Shown here piece after piece: positions 1 to 13,397 of a stretch of 64,000 nt of DNA (the first letter of the stretch is position 1; the number at the start of each line of letters is the position of its first letter). The notes beneath the pieces are model-generated. The model was not told the origin of the DNA. It was given only the letters and a program-made list of their open reading frames with translations, and ran no database searches. The stretch lies in contig NMRA01000099.1 in NCBI GenBank assembly GCA_002633005.1, positions 699,633 to 763,632 on the forward strand, given 5' to 3'. Origin of the DNA: Phoronis australis. Taxonomy: Eukaryota > Animalia > Phoronida. Both the position numbers and the translations under genes were made by a program.

Positions 1-1090
1 TTTTGAAAATTCTTCAGTAAGCAAAATGTTTTTTCTTGAATTAAAAAGTGTGAAATTAGCCTTTTTCTATGTTTAGTTTTGGTATATCTGTGAAAGGAAG
101 TCGTCCTTTAGTGGTGAACTTTTACTGTTGAGTTCCACAAATTCATCGAATTCTGTCTGGGCCGTTATCCTTGTGTTAGCCTCACAACATAAATGGGTCG
201 TGCTGTGTCGGGAGGGTACACAGATTGCAGGCATGAAGAATTTTTAGTAGGTGTTGACATGATGCTTACAAGCAGTATCAGTGACATGGTCTCTGTTCAG
301 ACTGAGTAGTGTGCTTGGTGAGTGAGGCTGCTACTGATCAACTGGCAGAGGTTAGTGAGTATGTCTCATGTCTTTTAGTCAATCAATAGTTCACCTGTGA
401 TCCTTCTATGCACTCAATGTGTTACCCGGTCTTTGTTATGCATAAGTATGGCTTAGATAACTCATGCTGGGCTGAGGGTAGTCAGTCAGCCAGGTTGAAA
501 GTCTGCCCTACTGATAACAGAAGCTGACCATTATCAGCTGGTTGGGGGGTCAGAGTTGTCAGTGTCTGCTGTAGCCCTGTGTGGAGGAGTAGGCCATCGG
601 TTGTCGGTTGTCAGGAGTCCACGTGCCATGGTTCCTATGGGTGGTTTGGTCATGGACTGGCTACAGGCTGGTCAGCTGGTTCTCTTCAGGAGAGGTAGGA
701 AGAGAGACTCTCAGTCAAATTTAGTAATTGTTTGATGCCTTACTACTATGGCCAGGTGTGCCGACTTGGACTCGAATGATGTACACCCACTGAATGGTCT
801 TCCTTGATCTTATGGTTTGGCCCACTGTGTCTTCTCATATCTGTAACATGGCTAATCATTGGATATAAAAGTTGAAGATGAAATCCGAAAATGATGTTTC
901 CTAAATATTTTGTTTTCATTTATGCAACTTTTGGGTTTTTCATAAGTCCTGTTTTTGTTAGGCCATCATACAGAAGTTTCTATTTGCGCATGAGGGGCTA
1001 TCAAATTAGGATGTAAAACCAATTCTTAGCACCGTTTTGGAGAAGAGTTCCTGAAGTAAGCATAATATGTGAAGGTTTCGTGCAGAACCT

Positions 1091-1149
1091 TAACCTCATT
1101 TGCATACATTACTATAACCTCATTTGCATACATTACTGTAACCTCATTT
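1091..1149. repeat. 24-bp tandem repeat, ~2.5 copies
   Basis: taacctcatttgcatacattact(a/g) repeated. Confidence 0.85.
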
Positions 1150-2194
1150 TCTGATGGATGTAATTTGCTACATTTGATGAACTCTCGTTATACCTGACCA
1201 ATGTTACTGTGTACACACATTTTTGATTTCTCATGTTCGTAAGGTTTATTGCGAGGCCCAGAAGTTTATCCTGAAAAGTTTGACAAGCTTGGGTTCTGGG
1301 TATGTGATGTCATCAAAACCTGTGTATGACTAGACTATAAATAGACACCACACTTATTCTTGGCATGCTTACGCATGACATCATTTAATCTGGAATGATC
1401 CAGCCGATTTCTTATTCATTCTGAGTGTACATGTCTAACTTGGTAACATGGAGTGTTGAGGTTCTTTCATCAGTGAAAACTGGCTGGATTACCTATTGAC
1501 CTTTATCAGTCTGGTTAATAATCTTGTGAATCATACCTCCAGGTAGTCAAATACCATAAAGGATTTTATGCTTAGCACCTAATAGTTATCACATCTGTGG
1601 ATGTGGCTCACAGTTCTGTCTAAGCCAGCTGTACACCAGGTGGCCATAGTTTGCCATTTGCTCATAATGCCGTCATTGTGCAGTTTGTCTCACAAATTTT
1701 GTGTGTGTACCTGTGTATGTTGCTTTGTGTCTTGGACTTCACAGTGTGTAGTGTTATGGTCTGTAGTAATTGCGTAGAAGGTGTTGAAATTAGTGTCAGT
1801 GGTACTCCCTCTTACATTTGGCTTGACAAAATTTTCTGCTTAAGCCAGCATGAGTTGTTATCCAGGGTCAGATATTGTGCGACCCAAGGTTTTTGGTTAG
1901 GGCCCTGTTCGGCTTGTCTTCTAAACTTACGTATTTAAACGTAATGTACTTTGGTTAACTTTCTCTTCAGTTCACATATTACATGTTTCTCAGTATGGTT
2001 ATGTTGGTTTGCCCTTTCAGATAAGTTGGATTTCGCCTTGCATCAAATCCCTCTATCCAATAACAGTCAACTCGCGTTGAGCTTTATTGCGTACACAATA
2101 TATTTTGTAGCAATGTATTTTCCATTTACTATATCAAGTTAGTATGGGTTACTCAAACACATGTCTAGTGCCTAATGTATTTGTCATATTTCAG

Positions 2195-4186
2195 ATGAAT
2201 CGTCCGAGTCCTCTCAGAGCTCCAGAGACCATGGCTCTTACAACTTGGTGACTCCTGACGTCAACGGCAATCCCACCTTCAACCACGGTGTTAACCCAAG
2301 CAAGTTTCCAAAGGAATTCCAGGATTTAACGGGATACACCTCAGAAGTGATGAAACGCGACCCACTTAGCTCGGCCGACCGTGAGCAGGAGGAGAGACTC
2401 CTGAAGATGAAGAGTCGTCGAGACTCGCGCAAAAAGGGCGAACACACTATCAGTTCAAATGAAATCCCAAACTATAGAGGAAAACAGGACCTCAATTGGA
2501 TTCTCAGCTATATAGATGGTCCTACGAAAAAGAAAAAAAATATTTCTCAGAAAGATGGTGGAAGTAAGAAGAGGAAGGAGAAGAAAAATAATGACCACCA
2601 AAGTTTGAAAAAGGACGATCGAATGAGTTCAGAAACTGGGAGTGAAACTTACGATGACAATGGAAGCAATGATTTGTCTGATTCGTCTGCGAGAGATGTT
2701 CCAGTAAATAACCAAAGCATGATTGGTTCTAATGAAAGTCCAGAGAAAATTTCCAACGTTGATGACAAGGACAAACAAGCAAGCACGCTTAACAACAAGA
2801 ACAAACAAAAAATGGTTGATAAAGTGTGGGAAAATGACAACTACCGTTTCGATGAAATTCACTTGGAGGTAACTGACAACATAACACTACCTAATTCTGG
2901 GTCATTTGTTGAGGACCCATATATGCACTTGTATGTGAGCGAGTGTAAATCCCCAGTAGAGGAGGATGAGTTTCAGGAAGTCGTGGGAAAGAAGAAAAAG
3001 AAAACCGTGCACAAGGAATCCCCTGCTCAGTCTCTTACACATTCTTTCCGCGAGGTCAACATGAACCACATTGTTGACCGTAGTCCACGTTATGTCCGAC
3101 CTTCACCAAGGTCGGTGACCCCACCCCCTGTCCTGCCCAGCGTGGAGCCTGCAGGGCCCGACGAGTGTGACCTTAGTAGTACCTCGGCATTCCCAGCCCT
3201 TAGTGCCCGAGAGGGACGTCGGAACTCTGCTGGTGACGTGCCACGTAATCGTCTGCCTATTGTGCAGGACGACAGTGATTTAGAGTCTGTGAAGTCGCTG
3301 CCAGTCGACAGCAGGACAACTGTCCATCTAGAACAAATCAAATCTCAGATATCTTATGCTCAAATAGCAGCCTCGCAAAAAACAAACACTCATGTGACTG
3401 GCCAGCCATTTGCAAAGACGGCCAAAGTTACGAATGAGCGTCGCCATTCCTTTGACTCTCTTGATAAACAAGACTCCACTGTTGAGGAGGGAGAGTTAAA
3501 AACACGTAGTCAAGAACTTCCTGTCTGTAACCCAGGCAACACAATTAGTAATAATGTTACCGGAATTAGCAAGGAGACAAACTTTGTAGATGAGTCTAAC
3601 ATTGATGTTGTCAAGGAGTTTGTTGCTAGCGAGGTACAGTGTGAACACAACTCTTCAAAAGAGCTATTAGGTTCTTGCAAATGTCCTACGACTGGAACTA
3701 TTGAATCTAGCAGTAGCTTCCCGCCTGTGAGAGCGGATAATGTCAAAATGCCGTCATATACATCGTCATCATCAACATCGTCATCATCGTGTAGCGTCTC
3801 CACTGTGGAGGGTTCACTTCAGGTCACCACCAGTCAAACTCAGAGTACAAAGTCGCGTTCAAAGAGTTCAAAATCTTCCAAACGTCCTCAGAAGTACCTG
3901 GTCTTTCTGGATGGAAGTTACGAGCAATTGCCATCTGAGTTTGAGATTTCTTTCGGTTTCGACGCAAGTTTGGACTGTGCAATGGCCAACGTAACTCCCA
4001 AGAATGGTCTTGTTAAACCCGTTGGCCTCGGAAACACTCACGGCAGGGGAGTGTGTTCCGAAGACGTGTCCGAAGCTTCAAAGGTGGATTTCCAGTTTAA
4101 GCAAACCACTGAATTGAAATCTACCTCTCTGGAATTGGACTGCGGGAACTTCAACCTGGTGGACGTAGTCGGCCATTTGACGAGAG
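2195..4186 (+). CDS. Large internal coding exon of an uncharacterised Ser/Lys-rich, largely disordered protein (possibly Twenty-four/TYF-like); gene begins upstream of the window
   Basis: 664-aa ORF 2245-4239; acceptor tatttcag|AT at 2194/2195 (phase 1) and donor AGAG|gtaacg at 4186/4187 (phase 1). Motifs YRGKQDLNWILSYID, EFQEVVGKKKKK, DDSDLESVKSLP, SYAQIA, ISFGFD, FNLVDVVGHLTR. Confidence 0.85.
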
Positions 4187-5398
4187 GTAACGTAGGCGCA
4201 TACAGAAAAATTGGAATTTGGAGTGGTTATTCAATTTGAGTTTTTGATACTTGAAAGTTCATGATTTAAGAAAAAACCTCATTTCAATGAAAACATGTCT
4301 TTAAATAGTTGATGCCACTAGGGTATACGGTTTTAATGTCTATTCACAAACGATAACATCCATCACAAAGTATAATTGCGGTATCTCGGAATCTTTCATG
4401 TGAAGAATTTTTCCAGTGCCCACAAGAATGGATCACTTACATTACTTAATTTATATACGACACCTCTTTCTGGTCTTGTACTCATGCAAAACTAAACTTG
4501 TATTTGTAAATTATGCAAACTAGCCCGCATTACTATTTCGGACATGAGTTGGGTACAAGTTCACTCCTAGAAGGATCTGTTCCAGCTCATTTGGCTAATC
4601 TTACGGAAATGGTGGCTTTGTGAACAGACGATGTATCTTCATTTGACAGTTATTAGATGGATAAATAGGTTGACACTCGACATCTGCATAAATTTGCACT
4701 TAACATTAACCATTGATGAGCATGGTTTTGAAAACGTGAGAACCCTTGCCATATAACATCAGGTGTACAGATAAACCGTTGAGCCTCTCACTTGAGCTCA
4801 CGCATTGAAACCTGAAGCCTATTCACTAACTAGTGTTTCCGCGAGCAAACTGAGTGCCCGCTATCTGAACAGCTGCCACAGTGATTGCGAGTGTACGCGA
4901 CACCTCTTTCGAGGTTGTTCGCTTAGCAATTCAAGATGGCGTAGGTCATGACAATGAGATTGTGGCAAACTTGGTGCATGAAACCATATAATAATCTTGT
5001 TTTATAATAAAGAGGACTTTCTTTGATTCTTACCACCTCCATAAGTGCCACACATGGACGCTTTTATATTAATACACACTTATATTTTTGGACATGTTTT
5101 TATTATTTTGAATTGAAAGAACGCTTTTCAATTGGCTGTATGTGGGCTGTACTTTTGTGGATGTCATTTTGTAACTGCGGCGCTTGCAGGCTGTCGCTCC
5201 ATAGCAAGGCTCAAATCTCACCAGTAACGCTGGGCGAACTTGTGCTCTTGTTAAACAGGTTTCACATTGAGTTGTTAAATGAAGAAATTTCAGAGCAGTT
5301 TGAGATTCAGTTGACAAGCGCTTGGCTAATTGACATGAATGTTGAAGGTCTAATTAGGTACTAGATGGCTGTTTTAAAGTATGTTTCTGTTTCAACAG

Positions 5399-5457
5399 CT
5401 TGGGAATCCAGAAAACAAAATTGTTTACCCAGCCTGGTCTGTGGAGATGTGAATTAA
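5399..5457 (+). CDS. Tentative next exon of gene 1 ((A)WESRKQNCLPSL...); 3' boundary uncertain
   Basis: Acceptor tgtttcaacag|CT TGG is in phase 1 and gives ...HLTR-AWESRK. The frame reads to TAA at 5455-5457 unless one of several weak GT donors is used. Confidence 0.4.
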
Positions 5458-5735
5458 GTGATGTTATTGTCTGATGTTGCTACATTGTTTGTTCATATAT
5501 GTACGATTTCTGGTAGGGATGGAGCCTGAATGTTCACCACCAGTTTTCATTGTATCTCTTTTGTTCTTGGTTTTAGAGTGGAATCGTGTCCAGGAAATGC
5601 TCAAGAAAAGTAAGTAATTGTTTTGACGTGGACCTGCTGTCTCATGAGTTTTTGAGTAATATTTAGACAATTCACATGACACCGTAGGTTGGTTAAGAAA
5701 CCACTCTTGTGAAAACTTGCTAATTGTAAATCTCG

Positions 5736-8690
5736 TTTTTACACACCCACATATACATATGTGGGTGGGTATTGCCGTCATCTCTGTCTATTTGTCAGGC
5801 GTCGGGGAATCTAGCGTCTGCTACTGTGTTTCCTAAACCACTTGCGGGATCTTAATGAAATTTGGTAGAAGTGTTTGTATGAAGGTGACAATGGATTTTG
5901 GACAGGTCCAACTACTGGTGTGCCCCTAGTGTCATTTTTAGTTTTTACATTTGCCTCTTTATCTTCAGAGTTCTTCGTGAAATTTGGCAAACAATTTTAT
6001 ATTATGAAGGTGACAGCACCTTTTGATTTTGGGATAGATTCGACATATTCTGTACTACCTAGTGGCTATTGTCCTTAGTTCTGTCTTCCTTTATCTGCCA
6101 AACCACTCTCAGAGGATCATAATGAAAATTGGTAGACGTGTTCCTACTGACGAGAGCATGAGTGATGTGGATTTTCAGACGGTTCCAATTACTGTGGTGC
6201 CTTTAAGTGGTATTTTCTTGTATCTGCGGCTGTATCTCCTAAACCCCCTTGCAAGATCTTTTGGAAATTTGGCAAGTATATTCCTATTTACTTGACAACT
6301 GATGGACACGTCTGACTACTGCGGCACATCCTAATGGCACTTTTTTCCCATTTGCCTCTGCATCTTGAGTTTCTTGACAGATTTTCATGAAATTTGGCAA
6401 GCAGGTTTCTTTCCAGGAAACTATGACACTTTCCCATTTTTATTTGTCCACATATGTGGGTGCATATTGCTGTCATCTCTGTCTGGGTGTCCAACGTCAG
6501 CAGCTGTATCAACTAAGACCCTTGTTGGATCTGAAGGAGATTTGGCAGGTGTGTTCTTACGAAGCTGTCGACGGATGACGACGACTTTAGGACCCCTAGT
6601 GGCCATTATAGTATTTTATAGTTGCCTCTGTATCTTCATAATTCTTGGATGGATTTTCGTGAAATTTGGCAAATACTGTATACACCCTAATAACCGCCCA
6701 GGGCACTTAGAAAAATTTGTTTCAGGAGGGGGGGGACACTTATTATAGCCTAAGGCAGGTTGAAACCCGGTCTCTGAAACTGGTGAAATCTTAAGCTAGT
6801 ATTTATCAAATTTACGCTCATATCCAGGCCTTTATCCAGGATTTCGAAAATAGGGTGTCCAAAATGGGGTTCCCAATATTCCAGGGCATCCATGATTCCA
6901 ACGCGTAACCCCCACCCCCAGGACCGATCACCAGCAATCCCCCCACACACATAGGTTTTTACAAAAAATGTATAGACCAAGGTTTTTACATCTAAGCTTA
7001 CAAAACAGCCTTCGGTAATGATCTTTTTTTTGTAAAAAAACTGTGTAGATCAAGACTTAAATCTTAATTTATGAAAGCAGCCTAGTAGATGGTTCCCGAA
7101 GACATTAGTCTTCGATGACAGGTGCATGTATGTAGCGAGCTTTTCCTGGCCACGTGCTTTTAACAAAGGTCAATTTCTTATAAGTCTTCAATTCACGGTT
7201 TTCACGTGTACAAAGACATTGAGAGAGAAGATCTGTACGGGAAAGATACAGTACAATCCCTTTGACAAGTACGCTGCGTCTGTTCTGAAAGGCCTGGCCA
7301 TAATGGGACACAATCCTACCAAGATCAGCAAAACTGCGTTCCTTTTTGAAGCACGGCGGAAGTTTGAAGCGTATCGTCACGGTTAAATACCGACATAACG
7401 GCGAAGCTCATGTTCTACAAATTCCGTGCTCAATGACTTTTTTCAGGACTGTCTGTTCTTATTGATAAATTGAAGACAATACTGTAGAATTTTCGAACTG
7501 TAGGTAAGGCATTTTTCGCATGCACACGTTCATGGACTGGGCGCTTGTTTTAGTGAAGTCTGAAAATGTGTGAGAGGTTCTTATGGGGGCATGGGCGCTT
7601 ATTAGGGTGAATACAGTAAGTTTCTATTAAGGAGATGCCGATAGTTGTCCATTTTCATATGGATTTGATGTACTTTTGCACCACCTAGTGGCTATTGTAT
7701 GTTTTTTGTTCCTGATAAGAAGACGTTGATTTGCTGACAAATTTGACAACTGTGATGCCTCCTGTTGGTGATCTTTGTCTTTTTTGCTTCTTCAGATTTA
7801 TGTTGTTACTCCTTTGAAGGTTTTTTTTTGAAATTTTGTAAGAATTATTTTATATATAAATGTGACTATGGCTACGTATGACTTTTGGACAGCTCTACCC
7901 CCTAGTGTCAAATTTTAGTTGTTATGTTTGCATCTGTATCTTCCGAGTTCTTTGACAATTTTTATTGAAATGTGGTCAGCAAGTTTCTGTTGTGATGGCG
8001 ATAGCATTTATCCATTTTTGAATGGATTTGAGATGTTCTGTGCCACCTGGTGTCCATTTTTGACACTAATAAACAACCCTAGAAGCACATTGTTTGTATT
8101 GCTGTCATGGGTGCATTTCAGCAGTCTGCGTTGCTCTTGTTAGATGAATTCAACATATTGTATGCCATCTGGTGGTCATTTTTAAAGCCCCGGTCTGTTA
8201 TCGCCTTGTTTCTGGATGGTTCTGACTGCTGTGGACCCCTAGTGGTAATTTGTTTGCCTGTGGCTCAATGTGTACCAAGTTCCTTGATGGTTTGTCATGT
8301 GTTTCTATTGAGTACTTGATGTGGATTTTGGAACACATGAAATCCCTGAGTTCTTTGATGGATGTTCATGAAATTAGGCAAATAACTTGACGTCATGGCA
8401 CATGTCCAGTTTCAAACTTATTGACCTACATTGGGCCCCCTAGTGACTTACTTTTTTTGTGATGTTCTTTTTCCTCTATCTGGCAGACTACTTGAACAAT
8501 CAGGAAAGGTGGTAGGTGCATTCCGATCGAGGAGGGCATTTTTGACTTGCTTTACTCCATAGAGGCCATTGCAAGTTTCCTAGCGTTGATTCCTCTAGTG
8601 AGAATGTTTAAAATAACGATTATCTCTTGTATGTGCATTTTATGCTTTGCGCATGGTGGGTGGATAGGAACGCGACGTGTTACTCTTGAT
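5736..8690 (+). mobile_element. Helentron-associated (HINE/DINE-1-like) non-autonomous element with degenerate ~120-145 bp internal repeats
   Basis: 5' T-run and hairpin CACCCACATAT-ac-ATATGTGGGTG (5744-5767). Recurrent gaaatttgg / ccctagtgg units. 3' subterminal gtgggtggata (8656), small stem-loop and tcttg. A second 5'-like end at ~6436. Confidence 0.65.
6676..7616. mobile_element. TA-flanked non-autonomous DNA transposon (Tc1/mariner-pogo type MITE), nested in the HINE-like element
   Basis: TIRs CTGTATACACCCTAATAACCGCCC / GGGCGCTTATTAGGGTGAATACAG with TA on both sides. Confidence 0.85.
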
Positions 8691-10524
8691 AAAGTTGTAT
8701 TAACCCAACATCAGTGAGTCAAAATTGGAAAACTTCAAAGTACTAGCAAGTAAAATATGATAATGAACGAAGTGGTTAATCAAGCCTACAGTACCTTAAA
8801 AATAGCTGCTCCATTCTTACCTAAGTGCAGAAAACTAAATGAGTAAACTTATCTTGTTTTGCGACACACTGCCCAATTAACTATTAGTCTCTGAAAAATA
8901 TATTGTAAACGCGCAAACTTGAATTTTTATGAACACGTTTTAGCTAGATTAGAGTGAATGAAATCTTGAGATGTTCACAAAAACAGTTCAGTGAATGTCA
9001 TTTTGGACCAGATCCTTCAGTAAACACCAATTTAATATGATTTGCGTTGAATTTACATAACCTATGTTTCTGGTTCTACTGAGGTTAGAACCTCTGCAGA
9101 TCCTGTTTTAATTTACATAGTCATGGAATTTATGAGGTGAAGGCTTCCATTATTAGTGTCATGAATTGCGATTTTATGGTTTTCCCAAACATATTTTTAA
9201 TCAATTGTACAACCATGCCTCTCTCCGGAAGTGATGCTCATGACCCAAATAATTCTCTGCCAGCTTTGTTTTAGGTGTACTTTGAACTGTGTTCGACACT
9301 GACTGCATCATTGTGTATGTCAGCTTTTAACAAGTTAGATCGTTATTTGCCTTTCTCCGAGTCTTATGTAGTATGCCTGGAAGTTGTTGAGTACCAATTT
9401 CCAGTGGATTACAAAGATCTGTTGGAGTTGGGCTCAACGTATCAAGAATATAGTGTTGCCCGTTCATGCCGCAGCTAAAACTACTCAAAACTATCGCTCG
9501 TGCGGCAAGCATTTCTTGCCATTCCGGAAGGGAAATGTCTGCAGATATTATGAAGTTACCTGCTAAACATGTTGAAGATCAAAGATGCCATTGTTGGTAT
9601 TTGTCGTCTGTGCTCGGTCGTCACGCGCTTGCAATGCTTTTTGAAACGTGAAGCGTCGTGAGCTGCAGCTACTGTATTGACTCCAGGCTATGAATTTGTC
9701 AACCATGCGTGTGAGCAGTCTCGTCTAAGGGCAGCAACCAACGCAGTTTCAACATGAGCGTAAATCGTGTTTATGTGGTTGCTGACTCCAGCCATATCCC
9801 ATCCACTACAGATAAAACAGTGGCGAAGTCCCACCCAACTCTGCTCTAGTTCAAACTAACCAAGTAATTATGGAAATTTGTGGAACGTAGTATACAATCA
9901 GCAGTGTCCACAGTGGATCGTCGCACAAACCAAAGCTGGTAGGAATGATTCGGGCAGTGAACGTGACATCCGAAATGACCCATGCATAATGATTAGAACA
10001 AGGAAATTTACTTAATTTGTCTAGGGTAAGCAGAAAATTGTAACTTAGCCAGAAATAACACTAAAAACTGTTGCCATCCCCTAAAACCTTTCCAGCTGGA
10101 ATTAATCTTGAAATGTGACAGAATTTTGGATGCATCATTATATGCATTTAAAAATTCTGATTCGATTTAGAGACATCCTTTGATGGAAAACCATCACCAA
10201 AAAGCAGTTTTAAACATCTATACAATTTCTGCATGTTGACATGGTCACTAATTCCTTCAAAAATCAGTTGAGACGATTGATATTTCATTGCCGATGTATC
10301 ACTGGCACGCAATCCTCGGGAGTACAAAGGTATTGGTTTATCTTCAAAGTTTTGCCATCTGTTGAATGTTGGCAGTACTATGACTCCATCTATCTCATCT
10401 AGATTTTTGCGGACATACCCGGGCACCTCCGTGTTCATGGCGGAGTGTCTGGGTAAGGTTAAGCTGGCCTAGCATGTATTCAATTTTTACTTGTAACTGT
10501 AGTTTAAAACCTTTCCTTTTGCAG

Positions 10525-10565
10525 GTCCTCAAAAAGTTCAGGTTTATCAAGAAGATTCATCTTAA
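10525..10565 (+). CDS. Tentative terminal coding exon of gene 1 (xPQKVQVYQEDSS*)
   Basis: Strong acceptor ctttccttttgcag| at 10524; the phase-1 reading ends at TAA, followed by ~5 kb of T/G-rich UTR-like sequence. The link to the upstream exon is not established. Confidence 0.45.
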
Positions 10566-13397
10566 GTTCAGAAATGTCCATCTCCTGTTTTAATTGCAAC
10601 CATGCTGACAACCCGAGTACCTGCCTCTAGCCATTATGGCGAAGATTTGTATCTCATTGTGTACAGAATGTGCAAGACTGCTCCTGCGACTGTTTTGTGC
10701 TACTGTTAAGAAGTGCTGTGGATGATGGAACCAGGATGGCATGTTCTACCACTCAGACAGGTTTAAGAAGGCAGTGCTCGGTACTGCCCTGGATGTATCT
10801 AGACAGTCTACACCTGCTGGGTGGATATCAAGGCATACCTTAATCATCCATCATCGTAGTGGCTGTGAAATGGAACGTGTAGTGGAAATAGATGTGCTTT
10901 ACTGGTTGTGCAGAGTGGAGAGAAGAAAATCTCGTATCTGAAGTCATGTCTGAGGCTTGTTTACAGAAAATACTTTTGGCCTTAGACTACTTCTTAAAGT
11001 CAGGAGTCTATGCTTTGGATTTTTCGAAAGTTATTTGCTTACTTGTCACACTTAATGTGCGTTTCGTTAACAGTTTTTGGTCAGAAGAAATGAACTTGCG
11101 GACTAGAGTTCTCATAAACATTGTTTTTAGTTATACTGTTAGTAGTCTAACTCAAGACCTTTCGAGAAACAGGCCTGGGTATTGAGAGTTGTTGGCAGTG
11201 CTGTGATTTCTCACTGAGGCGTTTTGTAACACAAAGTCATTGACTCTTTTATTTGGTGTGTCGGGGCAATGCGTTTCCCAGTCATTGGCCATTGGCAAAT
11301 AAGAATAGATAAGCACGCAAGACTACGGTAGCCGCTGCCCAGTTTCGCACATTTAAAAAATGTGGGCATGTGAGACATGAGGACAATAACATACTGCCAC
11401 TGCTGAGAATTGTGTGAAAGGACGAGAGTGTGAATACATAAAACAGGCAAACCTTTGGTACTAGTTAACATAACTTGATAGAATTCCCGATCAGTTATTG
11501 AAAATGGTGGACAAAAGTAATGTAGTCAACTGACTATAGGCGTATTCCAAAAAGAGAAATTGATGCGATTATATCAACTTAAAGACTCACGCAGTGGCAT
11601 CTTTGAAAATATTGTGTTGGTTCCTCTGTTTGGTGGAATCCTTTGTTTTTTAATACAGTGAGTTAGCATTCCTTAATGCACGAGATAGACCCATGGACTA
11701 TGTCGATCATTTCAATGAAGATTCATTGCTGTTAGCTTGATATATGTATTCTTGTTTGCATTTAGCGATTTCGGTTTAACCCAATTAACGCTGTGTGGGT
11801 CTTTAATGTTTGAAACACGTGAGCTATTATAAACTGCTCAATTGTATTTTGGGTTGAGTTCAAACCACTGATAGCGTCGAGAAGTCTTGGCGCATGCATC
11901 GCAAATGATAAACATTTTGGGTGTTAGATACTTTTACTGACTTGCTAGGTTCTTCTCTTGCAATTGCGTGATCTCGCAAAATTCTCAAGACTTGTGTTAC
12001 AGATTACATCCAGGGTGACCTGGGCAGCAACAAACAGTTGCACATTGTTGCTTGTGTAAATAAGACGGAATATCCCTGCTGTTGCTGGGGATTATTCTGA
12101 TTGTCATTATAAGTGTCTGGCAAATTATGGAGCATAATAATATATGCTGACACTTTTCACACCATAACGAGTCATCCCTATGCAGGGATTACCAGGAGAA
12201 ACATCTGTAGATATTCAAACACATAAGTGTTTCAGCTCAATCACCCATTCTTACGTTGTACAAACTTGATTTGATGTGGCAGTAGTTGAGACTACTTTCC
12301 TGTGTTTTCTTCCTTTTCCCCAAGATGTAGTCCGCCTAATTTACTAATGAATTGCTATTTCTAGTCAGTAGCTAGTGAATGTGGAATTTGTAGCTTAACT
12401 ACAATGCCTTAGCTTTCTGAATAAGCTGGTCATGAAGTTTTCAAATCCTGAATAACGCTCTCTGCTAACTTTCTAGTTGGGGATTTTAAAGATGTGTTAT
12501 TCCAATGGAAGTTGTATAAATCTAATCTGCCGTGACTGAAATGTCTATAACTATGGCCATTGTGTTATCATGGCAGCTACTGTGAAGTTAATTGAAACTC
12601 TGTAATCACAAATCGAATATATTAACTTGTTGAATGAATGTGCCAGCATACAAGACAGTAGTCCCTGCAAAAAAATTCTGTTTTTGTGTCCTTGTACTTG
12701 ATTGTTTTCTGGAATGCTTTTCCATTTACATTTCTGTTGTTCGAGTGTCAAAATTGTTTTCCTTGTCCATTACCTTGAGGAGCAAGTGGTGTTTTGGTAG
12801 CTTTCAAGATAGCTAGCAGCAGCGTAGCATTCAATTTCAGTATCATCTTTATTATAAACGTTGCTGTAGGAAACCTTGTTCTGGAAAAAGCCGATAGTTT
12901 TGCTGCTTAATAGCTGATTGAAAACAACTCCTGGTGTGAATGGTTGCAGTTGAAAGAGGCACATATTAAATAATCCGTTTTATTTGAGCTTAATTCATCA
13001 ATTAGCTGGCACGATCAAACCTGTTGAAGGAAAAATCTAGCCTCAGATGACTTGATGGGGTGAACAGGTATTGACAGTGCAATGAGCTATGCTCATTGGG
13101 CAGTACTAGTTGTGACCCTGTGACCTTTTCCATTTGAAAATTTAGCTTATTTGTTGACTTTGTAGTTAAGAAGCAGAATCTGAAAGCCAACTACTGTCTT
13201 GGTGCAATGGTAAGGAATTAACGGATCCAGGCCTAAGTAATGGGTCCATACACTTGTATGTGATGCTTTTTACTGTGTTGTAATTGTGTATAATTTTGTG
13301 TTTCTAAACTTGTTAATTTATCATTTATTTTTCACATAGTGAAATCTTCTTGTTAATGAACGTGGGAAGCATTTTTAAATAGTGGCGTTCAACTATT

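Noticed and set aside
4187-4239. C-terminal tail of the 664-aa ORF (GNVGAYRK...YSI*)
   Set aside because: It follows a good GT donor and is probably intronic read-through, though intron retention cannot be excluded.
7105-7386. ORFs inside the TA-flanked elements (here and at 51415-51705) as transposases
   Set aside because: Short, with no recognisable DDE/D or HTH motifs.
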